Positions 28,864-38,841 of a DNA stretch of 64,000 bases are shown here, piece after piece (position 1 is the first letter of the stretch; each line of letters starts with the position of its first letter). The notes under the pieces are model-generated. The model made no database searches and was not told where the DNA came from. It was given only the letters and a program-made list of their open reading frames with translations. The stretch spans positions 425,075 through 489,074 of the forward strand of contig CAVXFO010000007.1 of the NCBI GenBank assembly GCA_963761055.1, given 5' to 3'. Source of the DNA: an uncultured Actinomycetes bacterium (GTDB lineage Bacteria; Actinomycetota; Acidimicrobiia; IMCC26256; PALSA-610). The translations under genes were made by a program, and so were the position numbers.

Positions 28864-30772
28864 TCAACTCGAGGGACGCGAGCGAAACTTCCTCAGCATG
28901 CGTCGAGGGTACGCGAGCGACCGCAACCACAGACCAGAGGAATCGGGCGCCCGGTACGGTTCGTTCCAGGTGACACGGCGGAAGTTTGCAGTGGAACGCT
29001 CGATCACGGGTAGCAACGCATCACCCTCTGCGCCCTGTCGATACAGCGGAAACGTGATCCGATCGACGGTCTCCGGCCAGCGCAGTTCGACGTGAAGTGC
29101 GGATTCACTCTTGTCGGCCGTCACCGCCGGAAGACCGGTAACGCTCGCCGGCACCAGTAGCACAACGAAGTGTGGGTTCACGCTCGTGGCCGCGAAACCG
29201 ACGATCGAATGCTCGGCGAACGGTTGCGCCCGTGCCGAAAACGGGTCGACTCGTGTCTCGACGGCTCCCGGCCTGACTGCGACGATCCGGCCGAGGATGG
29301 CACCGTCAACGCCACGGACCATCGCGGTACCGTCGACGTCACCAACCTCGGCAGAGGGAACGTGCGCAACGAACTCGTACTCGTGCTGCCTACCGTCCTT
29401 GTCGACGTCGTCGTGGACGAGCAGGTAGGGGAATGGGCGACGCACGAAGACCGCCGTGCGCACACAATGACGGACGGGATTGTGACCGTCTTGATCGTAG
29501 GAAGGCTTTGCATCGCCGACGACGGCGACGACCTCGGGCGTCGCTCCGAAGCCGATGATGCTGCCGGAGACGCCGGAGCCCTCCCCGGCAGGCTTCTCGC
29601 CGCGTCCGTCGATGCGCACGAGATTGTGCGCGAGAGAGGACGATGGCGAGCCTTCGCGACGGTCGTTGCCGTCGCCCGAGTCGATCACCATCGGCGCACC
29701 GTTCGCGATGAACGCGAACGAGTTGTTGTCTGCCTGATCATGGAGTCGAGCACGCTCGAGAAATGGACCCGAGTTGAAGGCGAGCACGGTCGCGTCCGTC
29801 GACCACGAGTCGCGAGCTCGACAAGTAGCCGACCTCGGGGTCGAAAATCACGTCATCGAGTTCTGTAAGCGGCGTCTCGATTCCATCACCTGGATGGAAG
29901 AACATCGCTTCGGCGAGCGACGACCAGAGACGATGCGCGCCGTAGGTGCCGAGGCCACTGCGGCCGAGCAGCCGGTCCCACACGGTCGCACAGATACCAG
30001 GTTCGTAGCGGCTGAACATCAGCAGCAGACCCCAGATGGCCCGGTCGGGCTCAGAGAAGGAGTCGTTGAAGTTTTGCAGCCAAGATCCGCCGGGCAAGGT
30101 TTCGTGTGCGTACCAATGCGGCACTCGATGAAGCTTCCGCTCGATACTCGAGTGGGGTGGAACGAGCTCTTCGTCCCGGCCACGCGCACGCAAGAGGCTC
30201 AGGAGCACACCGACATACTTGAAGTCGTAGCCGCAATACGTGATGCCTTCCCACGTGAGGCCGACCGCCGTAACGCCGTGCGCAAGGAAGCCGCTCGTCG
30301 CCTCGAATGCTCGCTCGAGCCACGCCGACGAATCGGGGTGCCGCTCGAGCGCGAGCGCTCCCGCGCCAAGTGCGGCGTAGGCGATGATTGTGTGGTTGAA
30401 GGCCACACACGCCATGTCGCCCCAGCTCGTCGTCGCCTGCTCGTGCGCAACGAATTCGGCGAACTCGGCAGCAATGCCTTCGAGCAGCGGTAGTCGATCG
30501 GCCAGACGCGCTCGGTGGGTCTCGATGCACCCGGCGAGGGCGGTGAGAACCCACGGGGCCGCGAGGTGACGATCGAATCCGGAAGCGTCCCGCCACGCAC
30601 CCCCTGCCATCGGCGCCACGATCTCGACAAGGTGCTCAAGGTGCGGACCATCGGGCACGAGCACGGCGAGCGCACTCAGCTCCTCGATCGTCGCTCGCCA
30701 GCGCACGAACGACTTGCCGCGCAGATGGTACAAGCTGCTCGGAGTGAGCTTCAGATGCGCCGCCCCCGCCAC
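28864..30772 (-). pseudogene. heparinase II/III-like (polysaccharide-lyase-like) protein, one frameshift as sequenced
   Basis: The N-terminal alpha-helical part is ORF 29738..30772. The C-terminal part is ORF 28864..29787 (FNSGPFLERARLHDQADNNSFAFIANGAPMVIDSG). The junction is GYLSS|RDSWSTDATVLAF near 29815. The family call is from memory of the domain pattern. Confidence 0.55.
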
Positions 30773-30898
30773 TTCCAGCCGGAGGCGGATTTCCGCCGCG
30801 GGTTGGACCGGTGTCGGCGAGCGCTCGCGTGACCGCGTCGTCGGGCAGAAACACCGTCTGCGCCCCCTAGCAACCGATGAACAGGCCCGTACGCCGGT

Positions 30899-33145
30899 TC
30901 ACCCAAGCTTCGAACGGACACGCCGCATGACGCCCGCACAGATCTCCGACGGCCTGCGAACTCCATTGAGCGAGAACCTGCGGGACGTCGTGACGGGCGC
31001 AGGCGGGATCGGCGCCGCCTCGGGCGTCAACTGGACCGGTTCGCTGTGGTCCGCCTTCGGCGTGGGCACGATTCGCCGGGGCATCGGATGGGTCGAGGGA
31101 GTTGGCGTGATGTCAGTCCAGTGCTCGCCACCGTCGGTCGAGCGGAAGAAGCCGGAAGGCGCGTAGCCGAAGATCGTCGCGTCGTTGGCGTAGTCGGGTG
31201 AGAACGCGATCGGCGAAGCGACCGCGTTCGGAATGTTCGCGAAGACGACATTGCGGTCGAGTAGGTCCGTTCCGACGGCTACAAACGTTCGACCCCCATC
31301 GGTCGACTTGTAGAGGCTTTTCCCCGCGACGCTGACGAGCACCGTCCCGTCGACCGCAAAATTCGGCGACACCGCAGCGGCCTCGATATTGCCACGCGCA
31401 CCGTACGCGGCCTGCTCGACTCTGCCCCACGATGCGCCGGCGTCACGCGTGACGTAGAGCCCGCGACGGGTGGCGGCGAAAAGGGTCCGGTCGGTGTCGA
31501 ATGCGGGAGAGATCGCGAGGTGGGTGAAGGTGTCTGAGCCTGGACCCGTCGCGGTCCAGGTCGCGGTCCACGTTCGCGCCGGCGTCGGTACTCACGAACA
31601 ACTGGTCGGGTCCCGTGGCGGCAGCCGCGAAAATGGTCTGATCAGTCGCGAACGTCGGCGAGATCGCGAAACTACGGATCTGACCATCGAGCTTCGACAC
31701 GACGACCCACGTCGCGGCGCCGTCTCGAGTCTTCCAGATCTCGCCGAAGCGGTTGCCGAGGAAGATCGAGCCATCGCTGCCGAACGCGGGCGACACGCTC
31801 ATCACGAACTGCTGCAGCGGGATGCCTACCTTGACGACGCGTCGGGCCCAGTGCCGCCCTCGATCAGTCGACTTGAGGAAGGTCGTCCAGTTCGAGCACA
31901 GCAGAGTCTCGTCTGTGTCGTACGCAGGCGAGAATGCGATACCGAAGAGACGTGCGAACCGATCCGGCTTCTGTTGCATGAACCCGCGTTCTTCGAGCCC
32001 CTCGTTGATCGGTATCCAGGTATCGCCGCGATCTTCCGAAAGATAAGCGCCATTGATGTACGAGCTCGCCGCGACCGACGCATCGGCCGCGTAGTTCGGC
32101 GACACCGCAATGCTGATCGCGAGCGTCGCGGGAAGAGTTTCGAGCTCGGTCCATGTGCCGCCACCGTCGTGCGAGCCAAAGAAGCCGTCGAAACCAGCGA
32201 GGAACAATGAACGTGTACCGGGGCTGGAAGCTCCCGGCGCGGCGACAATACGACCGAAGTGCGGCCGTTTCGCATAGCGCTCTTCGTACTTCTGGGTGTT
32301 GCGAGTGAGCCCGACGCTCATGGGCCTCCAGGATTCACCCTTGTCATCGCAGCCGAAGACGCCTCCCGACCATGTCGATATCCACACTCGCGAATCGTCG
32401 CCGTAGTCAGGCGAGAACGCGATCGACGAGATCGACGTGTCGGTCAGCCCGACGTTCTTCACCTTGAAGAACTCGCCACCGTCCACGCTCTTGAAAACGC
32501 CCGACACCGCGCTGCCGACCAGCATGGTCTGGTCGGACGAGAACGCCGGTGAGAGTGCGATCGAGCGGATCGCACCCGCTTCGGCGAGCCGCGTGGTTTT
32601 CCACGTCGCGCCGCTGTCGGAGGAGAGGTGTAACCGGCCGGATTCGTCCCCGACAACGACGATGCCGTCGCGATCGGGCGCGTACGCCGCTGCCGTGATC
32701 GTTGCGTCGGTGCTCGACAATTGCGACGCCACGCGGCGCCGCCGTCGGTCGTGCCGAACAGTCCGTCCGATACCGACACGGCGAGCACGCGATCCGCTGA
32801 GTGCGGCGAGATCGCGACGATCGAGACACGAGCGTCCGCCTTTGTCACTTGCACTTTCGACCACGACAGACCCTCGTCGATCGACTTGTACACGCCGTCG
32901 CCACGTGACACGAAGAACATGATCCGCTTGTCCGTCGCCGACATGTCGAGCGAGAACCGCTGTGCCGTGTCGGTGAAGTACTGCCACATGTTGTTGAGGC
33001 CACGGACGACGTTCTGCCACGAATGACCGCCATCGTTGCTCTTGAGGAACATGTCGCGGCAGAGCGCGAACACGACGCCATCGTTCTCGTAGTCCGGCGA
33101 GACTGCAATGTCGTAGACGTCGTCGTGCGGTGTATGCGGTGCCAC
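30899..33145 (-). pseudogene. Asp-box (BNR) repeat beta-propeller protein with 14 repeats, at least two frameshifts as sequenced
   Basis: Three frames join: 33145 to about 32735, then to about 31545, then to 30899. I counted 14 SxDxGxxW-like motifs (e.g. SNDGGHSW, SSDSGATW, STDGGEHW). Most are preceded by the pattern ISPxFxxDxT. Confidence 0.7.
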
Positions 33146-33255
33146 CCCGAAAATCTACTCCGTTCGCTCGATCATCGGCCAAGGCGGATCGCCCGGATTC
33201 GGCGGCCCGAACCGCCCCGACGTGGCCTACGGGCCGGTGGTAGCCTCGCGCAGCC

Positions 33256-34071
33256 ATGCTTGCGAAGCTCCGTAAACGGCTCGTCCGATCACCAAGGGTT
33301 CCGGCGCCGGACGGGCAATCGCGCAAGCCGGTGGCCGACGATTCCGCGACTCGAGAGACGCGAACCATCGAAGGCTCCTGCGCCGTGTGCGGTCGCCACG
33401 CCGTCTTCGAGCGCGGCACCGGTTCGGTGCTCGGCAACTTCACGTGCCCGCACTGCCGGGCCACGCTGCGCTATCAAGGCCAGGCCGCCGCGCTCGTGCA
33501 TTGCTACGCGCGGCACGGCGCGCGGTCACTCGCCGCGCTCGTGAAGGAGCCCGAGTTCGCAACACTCCGCGTGTACGAGCCGGGCGACCGCGGTGCGCTC
33601 GCGCGGTTCCTGGGCAAGGTCCCGGGCCACGTGCGCACGGTGTACCAAACCGATGTCGCGCCGGGCGAGTGCGTCGACGGCGTCCGCTCCGAGGACCTCA
33701 TGGCGCTGACCTTCGACACGGGATCGTTCGACCTCGTGATCACCTCCGACATCATGGAGCACGTACGTCATCCGTTCGTCGGCTTCGCCGAGATCCACCG
33801 GGTTCTGACATCCGGTGGCTACCACGTGTTCACCATCCCGGTGCGACACCCGATACGGGACGTGACCGTCCCACACGTCGACGTCTCGAGCGCCGAGGAC
33901 GTCTTCCTCGTCAAACCGGCGTATCACAACAGCCATCTCGTCTACAACGACTTCGGCCAGGACATGCTGGGCCCGCTCGACGCAATCGGGTTTGCGACCG
34001 AGGTCGTGCGCTTCGAGTCGTCCGACGAAGAGGCTGCGACGCAGCTCACGTTCTGCTCCCGAAAGCTCTGA
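33256..34071 (+). CDS. class I SAM-dependent methyltransferase with an N-terminal C4 zinc ribbon
   Basis: CAVCG...CPHC ribbon, then YEPGDRG and FDLVITSDIMEHV motifs typical of Methyltransf_11/23-like folds. Confidence 0.7.
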   Translation: MLAKLRKRLVRSPRVPAPDGQSRKPVADDSATRETRTIEGSCAVCGRHAVFERGTGSVLGNFTCPHCRATLRYQGQAAALVHCYARHGARSLAALVKEPEFATLRVYEPGDRGALARFLGKVPGHVRTVYQTDVAPGECVDGVRSEDLMALTFDTGSFDLVITSDIMEHVRHPFVGFAEIHRVLTSGGYHVFTIPVRHPIRDVTVPHVDVSSAEDVFLVKPAYHNSHLVYNDFGQDMLGPLDAIGFATEVVRFESSDEEAATQLTFCSRKL

Positions 34072-34084
34072 TCGCGTCGTGATC

Positions 34085-34110
34085 AGGCCGATCGGCGCAC
34101 CGATCGGCCT
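34085..34110 (+). terminator. GC-rich hairpin (AGGCCGATCGG-cgca-CCGATCGGCCT) 14 nt after the methyltransferase stop
   Basis: Perfect 11-bp stem with a 4-nt loop, read directly. There is no U-tract, so function is inferred from position only. Confidence 0.45.
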
Positions 34111-34348
34111 CACATCTCCGGCATCGGTCTCGAAGCTGGTGCGAGAAGGTCGCGTAGTCGTTCGCGACGCGAGCGGATCGGGGTCGACTCGCGGTGGCGC
34201 GGAACCACTGTGATAGCCGTTCTCACGGCGTTCGGCAAGCGTTCTGGGCCGCGCGTTCTGCTCGCTTGAGGTGCTGAGTCACGTGCTCGAAACGCGGCTC
34301 CTATCTGTCAAGAGGCGTTCTCGGCGTTGCCGGCAGACCAGTGATGTG

Positions 34349-34357
34349 CCACTCAGG
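34349..34357. repeat. target-site duplication CCACTCAGG (left copy)
   Basis: An identical 9-mer directly flanks both ends of the IS element. Confidence 0.85.
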
Positions 34358-35780
34358 GAGTTATAACCAGAACTTGTGGATCGACCATCCGTTCGAGGGC
34401 GCGGCGTACCTTCCTCGTTGAAACCAATACGAGCTCAACCGGGGATGCAACCCCGGGAGGAAGGAACGCCGATGTTGAGGGTAGTAGCAAATGACGATGC
34501 CCGCGCGGAGATGCGCGTCGGGCTTGATGAGATCGTCCGCGAGGGCGCGCGCCGGATGTTGGCTGTTGCTCTCGAGGCCGAGGTCGACGACTACGTCGCC
34601 GCGTTCGCTGAGGAGCGTGACGAGAACGGACACCGGCTCGTGACCCGTAACGGTCACGCCGAGCCGCGCACGATCACGACGGCGGCCGGCGGGATCGAGG
34701 TCGAGGCGCCGCGCGTCAACGACAAGCGCGTCGACGGACAGACCGGTGAGCGGCGCGGGTTCAAGAGCGTCATCGTGCCGCCGTGGTGCCGCAAGTCCCC
34801 GAAGGTGACCGAGGTGTTGCCGTTGATGTATCTGCATGGCATGAGCTCGGGCGACTTCGCGCCGGCGCTCGAGGAGTTCTTCGGTTCCGCCGCCGGGCTC
34901 TCGGCGTCGGTGATCACTCGCCTGACCAAGCAGTGGCAGGCCGAGCAGCGGGACTTCGCGCACCGCCGGTTGGATGAACGCGATTTCGTGTACGTGTGGG
35001 CCGACGGTGTGCATTTCAACGTCCGTCTCGAAGAGGCCCGCCTGTGTTGTCTGGTCATCGTGGGCGTGCGGGCCGACGGCACCAAGGAGCTGGTTGCCAT
35101 CACTGACGGACACCGCGAATCGACCGACAGCTGGGCTGATCTGCTCCGCGACCTCAAACGACGCGGGATGCGCGCTCCGATGGTCGCGGTGGGTGACGGG
35201 GCACTCGGGTTCTGGGCGGCGTTGCGCACCGTGTGGCCCGAGACAACCGAACAGAGGTGTTGGGTCCACAAGGTCGCCAACTGCCTCGCTGCGTTGCCGA
35301 AGTCGGTGCAGCCGACGGCGCGCAAGATGCTGGCGGAGATCCGCGACGCCGAAGACCGCGAGCATGCCCTCACCGCCATCGACGCGTTCGCGGCGGAGTT
35401 CGCGGTGAAGTGGCCCAAGGCGGTCGCCAAGATCGTCGATGACGCCGAGCCACTGCTCGCCTTCTACGACTTCCCAGCCGAGCATTGGATCCATCTCAAG
35501 ACCACCAACCCGATCGAATCGACCTTCGCCACCGTGCGGCTGCGGACCAAGGTCACCAAGGGACCGGGCTCGCGCGCCGCTGGCCTGGCCATGGCCTTCA
35601 AGCTCATCGAAGCGGCCGAGTCGCGGTGGCGGGCGGTCAACGCACCGCAGCTCGTCGCACTCGTCCGCGCCGGCGCCAAGTTCGAGAAGGGGGCGATCGT
35701 CGAACGCGCGAACACACAGGATCAGGAAGCCGCCGCGTGATCAACGGAACAACCCGATCCACAGGTCTTGACTATTTCTC
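34358..35780 (+). mobile_element. IS256-family insertion sequence (1423 bp), apparently intact
   Basis: Imperfect terminal inverted repeats: GAGTTATAACCAGAACTTGTGGATCG against the reverse complement GAGAAATAGTCAAGACCTGTGGATCG, 19 of 26 matching. One transposase gene. Flanked by a 9-bp direct repeat. Confidence 0.88.
34472..35740 (+). CDS. IS256-family (Mutator-type) transposase
   Basis: ATG preceded by GGGAGGAAGGA. Typical IS256 transposase text (VYVWADGVHFNVR, CLVIVGVRADGTKELVAI, QRCWVHKVANCLAALPK, TTNPIESTFATVRLR). Confidence 0.93.
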   Translation: MLRVVANDDARAEMRVGLDEIVREGARRMLAVALEAEVDDYVAAFAEERDENGHRLVTRNGHAEPRTITTAAGGIEVEAPRVNDKRVDGQTGERRGFKSVIVPPWCRKSPKVTEVLPLMYLHGMSSGDFAPALEEFFGSAAGLSASVITRLTKQWQAEQRDFAHRRLDERDFVYVWADGVHFNVRLEEARLCCLVIVGVRADGTKELVAITDGHRESTDSWADLLRDLKRRGMRAPMVAVGDGALGFWAALRTVWPETTEQRCWVHKVANCLAALPKSVQPTARKMLAEIRDAEDREHALTAIDAFAAEFAVKWPKAVAKIVDDAEPLLAFYDFPAEHWIHLKTTNPIESTFATVRLRTKVTKGPGSRAAGLAMAFKLIEAAESRWRAVNAPQLVALVRAGAKFEKGAIVERANTQDQEAAA

Positions 35781-35789
35781 CCACTCAGG
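35781..35789. repeat. target-site duplication CCACTCAGG (right copy)
   Basis: Identical to 34349..34357. Confidence 0.85.
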
Positions 35790-35916
35790 TAAGGGCAGGC
35801 ACTGAGCCGAAGACCGCGATCGCGCGCGATGCACCGAGGTAACTCTTTGTGGGAAGCCGCAGTCAGAGCTGTAGACCGGCGGCGTGGGGCCGCCGGCGAC
35901 CACCAGGAGGTGGCAG

Positions 35917-36243
35917 ATGTACGACTTCGCAGTCGTCGCGTTGCTCGCGCTCGCGACATTGAAGGTCGTCGATTTCCTTTCGGATGCAATTCCGCAGTTT
36001 CGCAGCCTGCGCTCGCTCCTGACGTTCGTTCTCGGCGTCGGCGCGACCGTGCTGCTCGACTACTCGGTCTTCCGGGGCTTCGGGATCGGGATCCGCAACG
36101 ACACTGTCGGCGTCTGGATCACCGGCTTCGTCGTGGCCGGCATGACGGTGCCGTGGCGGGCGCTGTTCGGCTACCTGACCCACGACCGGGCCACCGCCGA
36201 CGAGACGCTCGGCGAGCACACGCCCAAGGTCCGCGCCGCGTAG
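35917..36243 (+). CDS. small hypothetical membrane protein (about 3 helices)
   Basis: ATG 6 nt after AGGAGG. Hydrophobic segments FAVVALLALATL, LLTFVLGVGATVLL, VWITGFVVAGM. No family recognised. Confidence 0.5.
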   Translation: MYDFAVVALLALATLKVVDFLSDAIPQFRSLRSLLTFVLGVGATVLLDYSVFRGFGIGIRNDTVGVWITGFVVAGMTVPWRALFGYLTHDRATADETLGEHTPKVRAA

Positions 36244-36301
36244 GGGCGAACCCGCGCGAGGACGAGGGCGGCGCAACGGCGCGTCGCCCTCCTTCTCGTG
36301 G

Positions 36302-38806
36302 TCATTCCTTTTCTTGCATCTCCTGTAACTCTTCGACGCTCATCAACACCGAGCGGGCCTTCGATCCCTCCGACGGACCGACCACGCCCCGGCGTTCGAG
36401 CAGATCCATCAGGCGCCCGGCCCGGGCGAACCCGACCCGCAGCTTGCGCTGCAGCATGCTGGTGGAACCGAGGCCGCTCGTGACGACGAGCTCCATCGCT
36501 TCGGCCAACAGGTCGTCGGTCTCGTCCGCGTCGCCCCGTGAACGACTTCCGGGTGCGTCGGAACCCTGCACGCCTTCGACGTACTGCGGCGCGATCACCT
36601 GACGCTTCCAGTCCGCGACGACCTTGCGCACGCAGTCTTCGTCAACCCATGCACCCTGGATGCGGTCGGCGCGACTCGACGACGCGTTGAGCAAGAGCAT
36701 GTCGCCCTTGCCCACGAGCTTCTCCGCACCACCCTGGTCGAGGATGACGCGGGAGTCGGCGAGCGTGCTCACGCTGAACGCGATCCGGCTCGGCACGTTG
36801 GCCTTGATCACACCGGTGATGACGTCGACCGACGGCCGTTGCGTCGCGATCACGAGGTGGATGCCGACGGCCCGGGCCATCTCCGCGAGCCGGCAGATGC
36901 TCGTCTCCACGTCGCGGGCCGCGACCATCATGAGGTCGGCGAGCTCGTCGACCACGACGACGATGAACGGCAGGCGTTCGTATGCCTTCCCCGTGTCGGG
37001 ATCGGGATCGTCCTCGGTCGGGATGTCGCCCTTGTCGTACATCGCGTTGTAGCCCGTGATGTCGCGCACGCCGATGTCGGCCAGGAGGTCGTATCGCATC
37101 TCCATCTCGCGCACGGCCCAGTCGAGCGCGTTCGCGGCTTTCTTCGGATTGGTGACGACCTCGGTGAGGAGGTGCGGCACGTTGTTGTACTGGCCCATCT
37201 CGACCCGCTTCGGGTCGATGAGGATCAGGCGCACCTCGTCGGGAGTCGTCCGCATGAGGATCGACGTGACGATCGTGTTGATGCAGCTCGACTTGCCCGC
37301 ACCGGTCTGACCGGCGATCAGCACGTGCGGGAACGTCGCGAGGTTCGCGAACACGGCTCGGCCCACGATGTCGCGACCCATGCTCACCTCGAGCGGGGAC
37401 TTCGCCTTTTTCGCTTCCGGGCTACTGAGAATGTCGCCGAGCGTCACGATCGGGCGCATCTTGTTGGGGACCTCGACGCCGATCGCGCTGCGCCCCGGGA
37501 TCGGGGCGAGGATGCGCACGTCGTGGCTCGCCATCGCGTACGCGATCTCTTTCGACAGGCTCGTGACCTTGTTGACCTTCACGCCCGCCGCGAGCTCCAA
37601 CTCGTAGCGGGTCACTGTCGGTCCGACCGTCGCGTCGATCAGCCGGGCGTCGACCCCGAACTCGCGCATCGTCGCCTCGAGCACATCGCCACCCTGTTTG
37701 ACCATGCGGGTGTCGATCTCGCGCTTCTCGCTCCGCTTGAGGAGATTCGTGGCGGGCAGCTTCCAGACGACCTTCGGTACCGGGCGGGGGTGTTCGTCCT
37801 CGCCTCCGGCCGCTTCCTCGTCGAGTTCCTCGTCGGCTTCGTCCTCCTCTTCGCCGTCCTCTTCCTCGTATTCCTCTTCCTCGTCCTCTTCCTCGTACTC
37901 CTCCTCGGCGTACTCGCCTTCTTCGTCCTCTTCGCCTTCGTCTTCTTCGTACTCTTCGTACTCGTCGTCGGCTTCGAGCTCGTCGTCGGCAAGCTCCTCC
38001 TCCGCGACCAGGTCGAGCACGGGATCGTCAGCCGACTGGTCGAACAGCACCGCGCGCCGGGTCGACACCTCGGGCGCGACGGTGGTGGTCGACCCGTCGG
38101 CCCGTTCCGACGGCAGGGTCAGGATCGTGCGCGCCTGCCGCCCGACGAAACGACCGCCCGTCACGACCGACTGCGCGATCTGACGGATACCGGTGCCGAC
38201 GACGAGCAACAGCCCGAGCGCACCGACGGCGACGAGCACGATGGCCGCGCCCGCGCGGCCGAGCCCGGCCCGCAGCGGCGCGCCCACCATTGCGCCGACG
38301 AGTCCGCCGGCGTGGCGCAACGGCTCGAGCGATCCGGCGGCGGTCTTGGCCCGGGCGAGATGAAAGCCGCCGACGGCCGCGCCGACCACGAGGACCAGGC
38401 CGAGCCCGAAACGCAGGCCGCGTCGGGCGACCTCGTCGTCGTCGTCGGTGCGGCTCTGACCGACCGCGGAGGCCGCCGCGGCCAACGCCGCGAACGGGAT
38501 GAGGACCTTACCCCGCCCGAGGAGGTCGGCCGCGAGGGCGTCGATGCCCCGCCCGATGGGTCCGACGACGTCGGAGAACATCGCAAGCAGGCTGAGCAGC
38601 CCGAAGACGGCGAGCCCGATCGCGAGCACGTCGATGCGGTGATCAGCCAGCTGCTCGGAGAATTCGTCCCGCCACGCAGATCGGGTTTGGCGGGCACGAG
38701 TTTTGACCGCGCTCTCGACCGCTTCCGTCCGCGCGCGGACTTTGACTGACGGCGCGAAGCCATACCCCAAAACTAACACCGGCCACTCTGACCCCACAGG
38801 GATCAT
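36302..38806 (-). CDS. ftsK: DNA translocase FtsK with a long acidic linker
   Basis: N-terminal membrane helices, an E/D/Y-rich linker, a motor domain (IAGQTGAGKSSCIN, LPFIVVVVDELADLMM) and a C-terminal gamma wHTH (STSMLQRKLRVGFARAGRLMDLLE). Start at ATG 38806 is tentative. Confidence 0.92.
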   Translation of the reverse strand: MIPVGSEWPVLVLGYGFAPSVKVRARTEAVESAVKTRARQTRSAWRDEFSEQLADHRIDVLAIGLAVFGLLSLLAMFSDVVGPIGRGIDALAADLLGRGKVLIPFAALAAAASAVGQSRTDDDDEVARRGLRFGLGLVLVVGAAVGGFHLARAKTAAGSLEPLRHAGGLVGAMVGAPLRAGLGRAGAAIVLVAVGALGLLLVVGTGIRQIAQSVVTGGRFVGRQARTILTLPSERADGSTTTVAPEVSTRRAVLFDQSADDPVLDLVAEEELADDELEADDEYEEYEEDEGEEDEEGEYAEEEYEEEDEEEEYEEEDGEEEDEADEELDEEAAGGEDEHPRPVPKVVWKLPATNLLKRSEKREIDTRMVKQGGDVLEATMREFGVDARLIDATVGPTVTRYELELAAGVKVNKVTSLSKEIAYAMASHDVRILAPIPGRSAIGVEVPNKMRPIVTLGDILSSPEAKKAKSPLEVSMGRDIVGRAVFANLATFPHVLIAGQTGAGKSSCINTIVTSILMRTTPDEVRLILIDPKRVEMGQYNNVPHLLTEVVTNPKKAANALDWAVREMEMRYDLLADIGVRDITGYNAMYDKGDIPTEDDPDPDTGKAYERLPFIVVVVDELADLMMVAARDVETSICRLAEMARAVGIHLVIATQRPSVDVITGVIKANVPSRIAFSVSTLADSRVILDQGGAEKLVGKGDMLLLNASSSRADRIQGAWVDEDCVRKVVADWKRQVIAPQYVEGVQGSDAPGSRSRGDADETDDLLAEAMELVVTSGLGSTSMLQRKLRVGFARAGRLMDLLERRGVVGPSEGSKARSVLMSVEELQEMQEKE

Positions 38807-38841
38807 GGGCCGGACCAGGGGTTCAGCGCGCGCCGTGGGGT

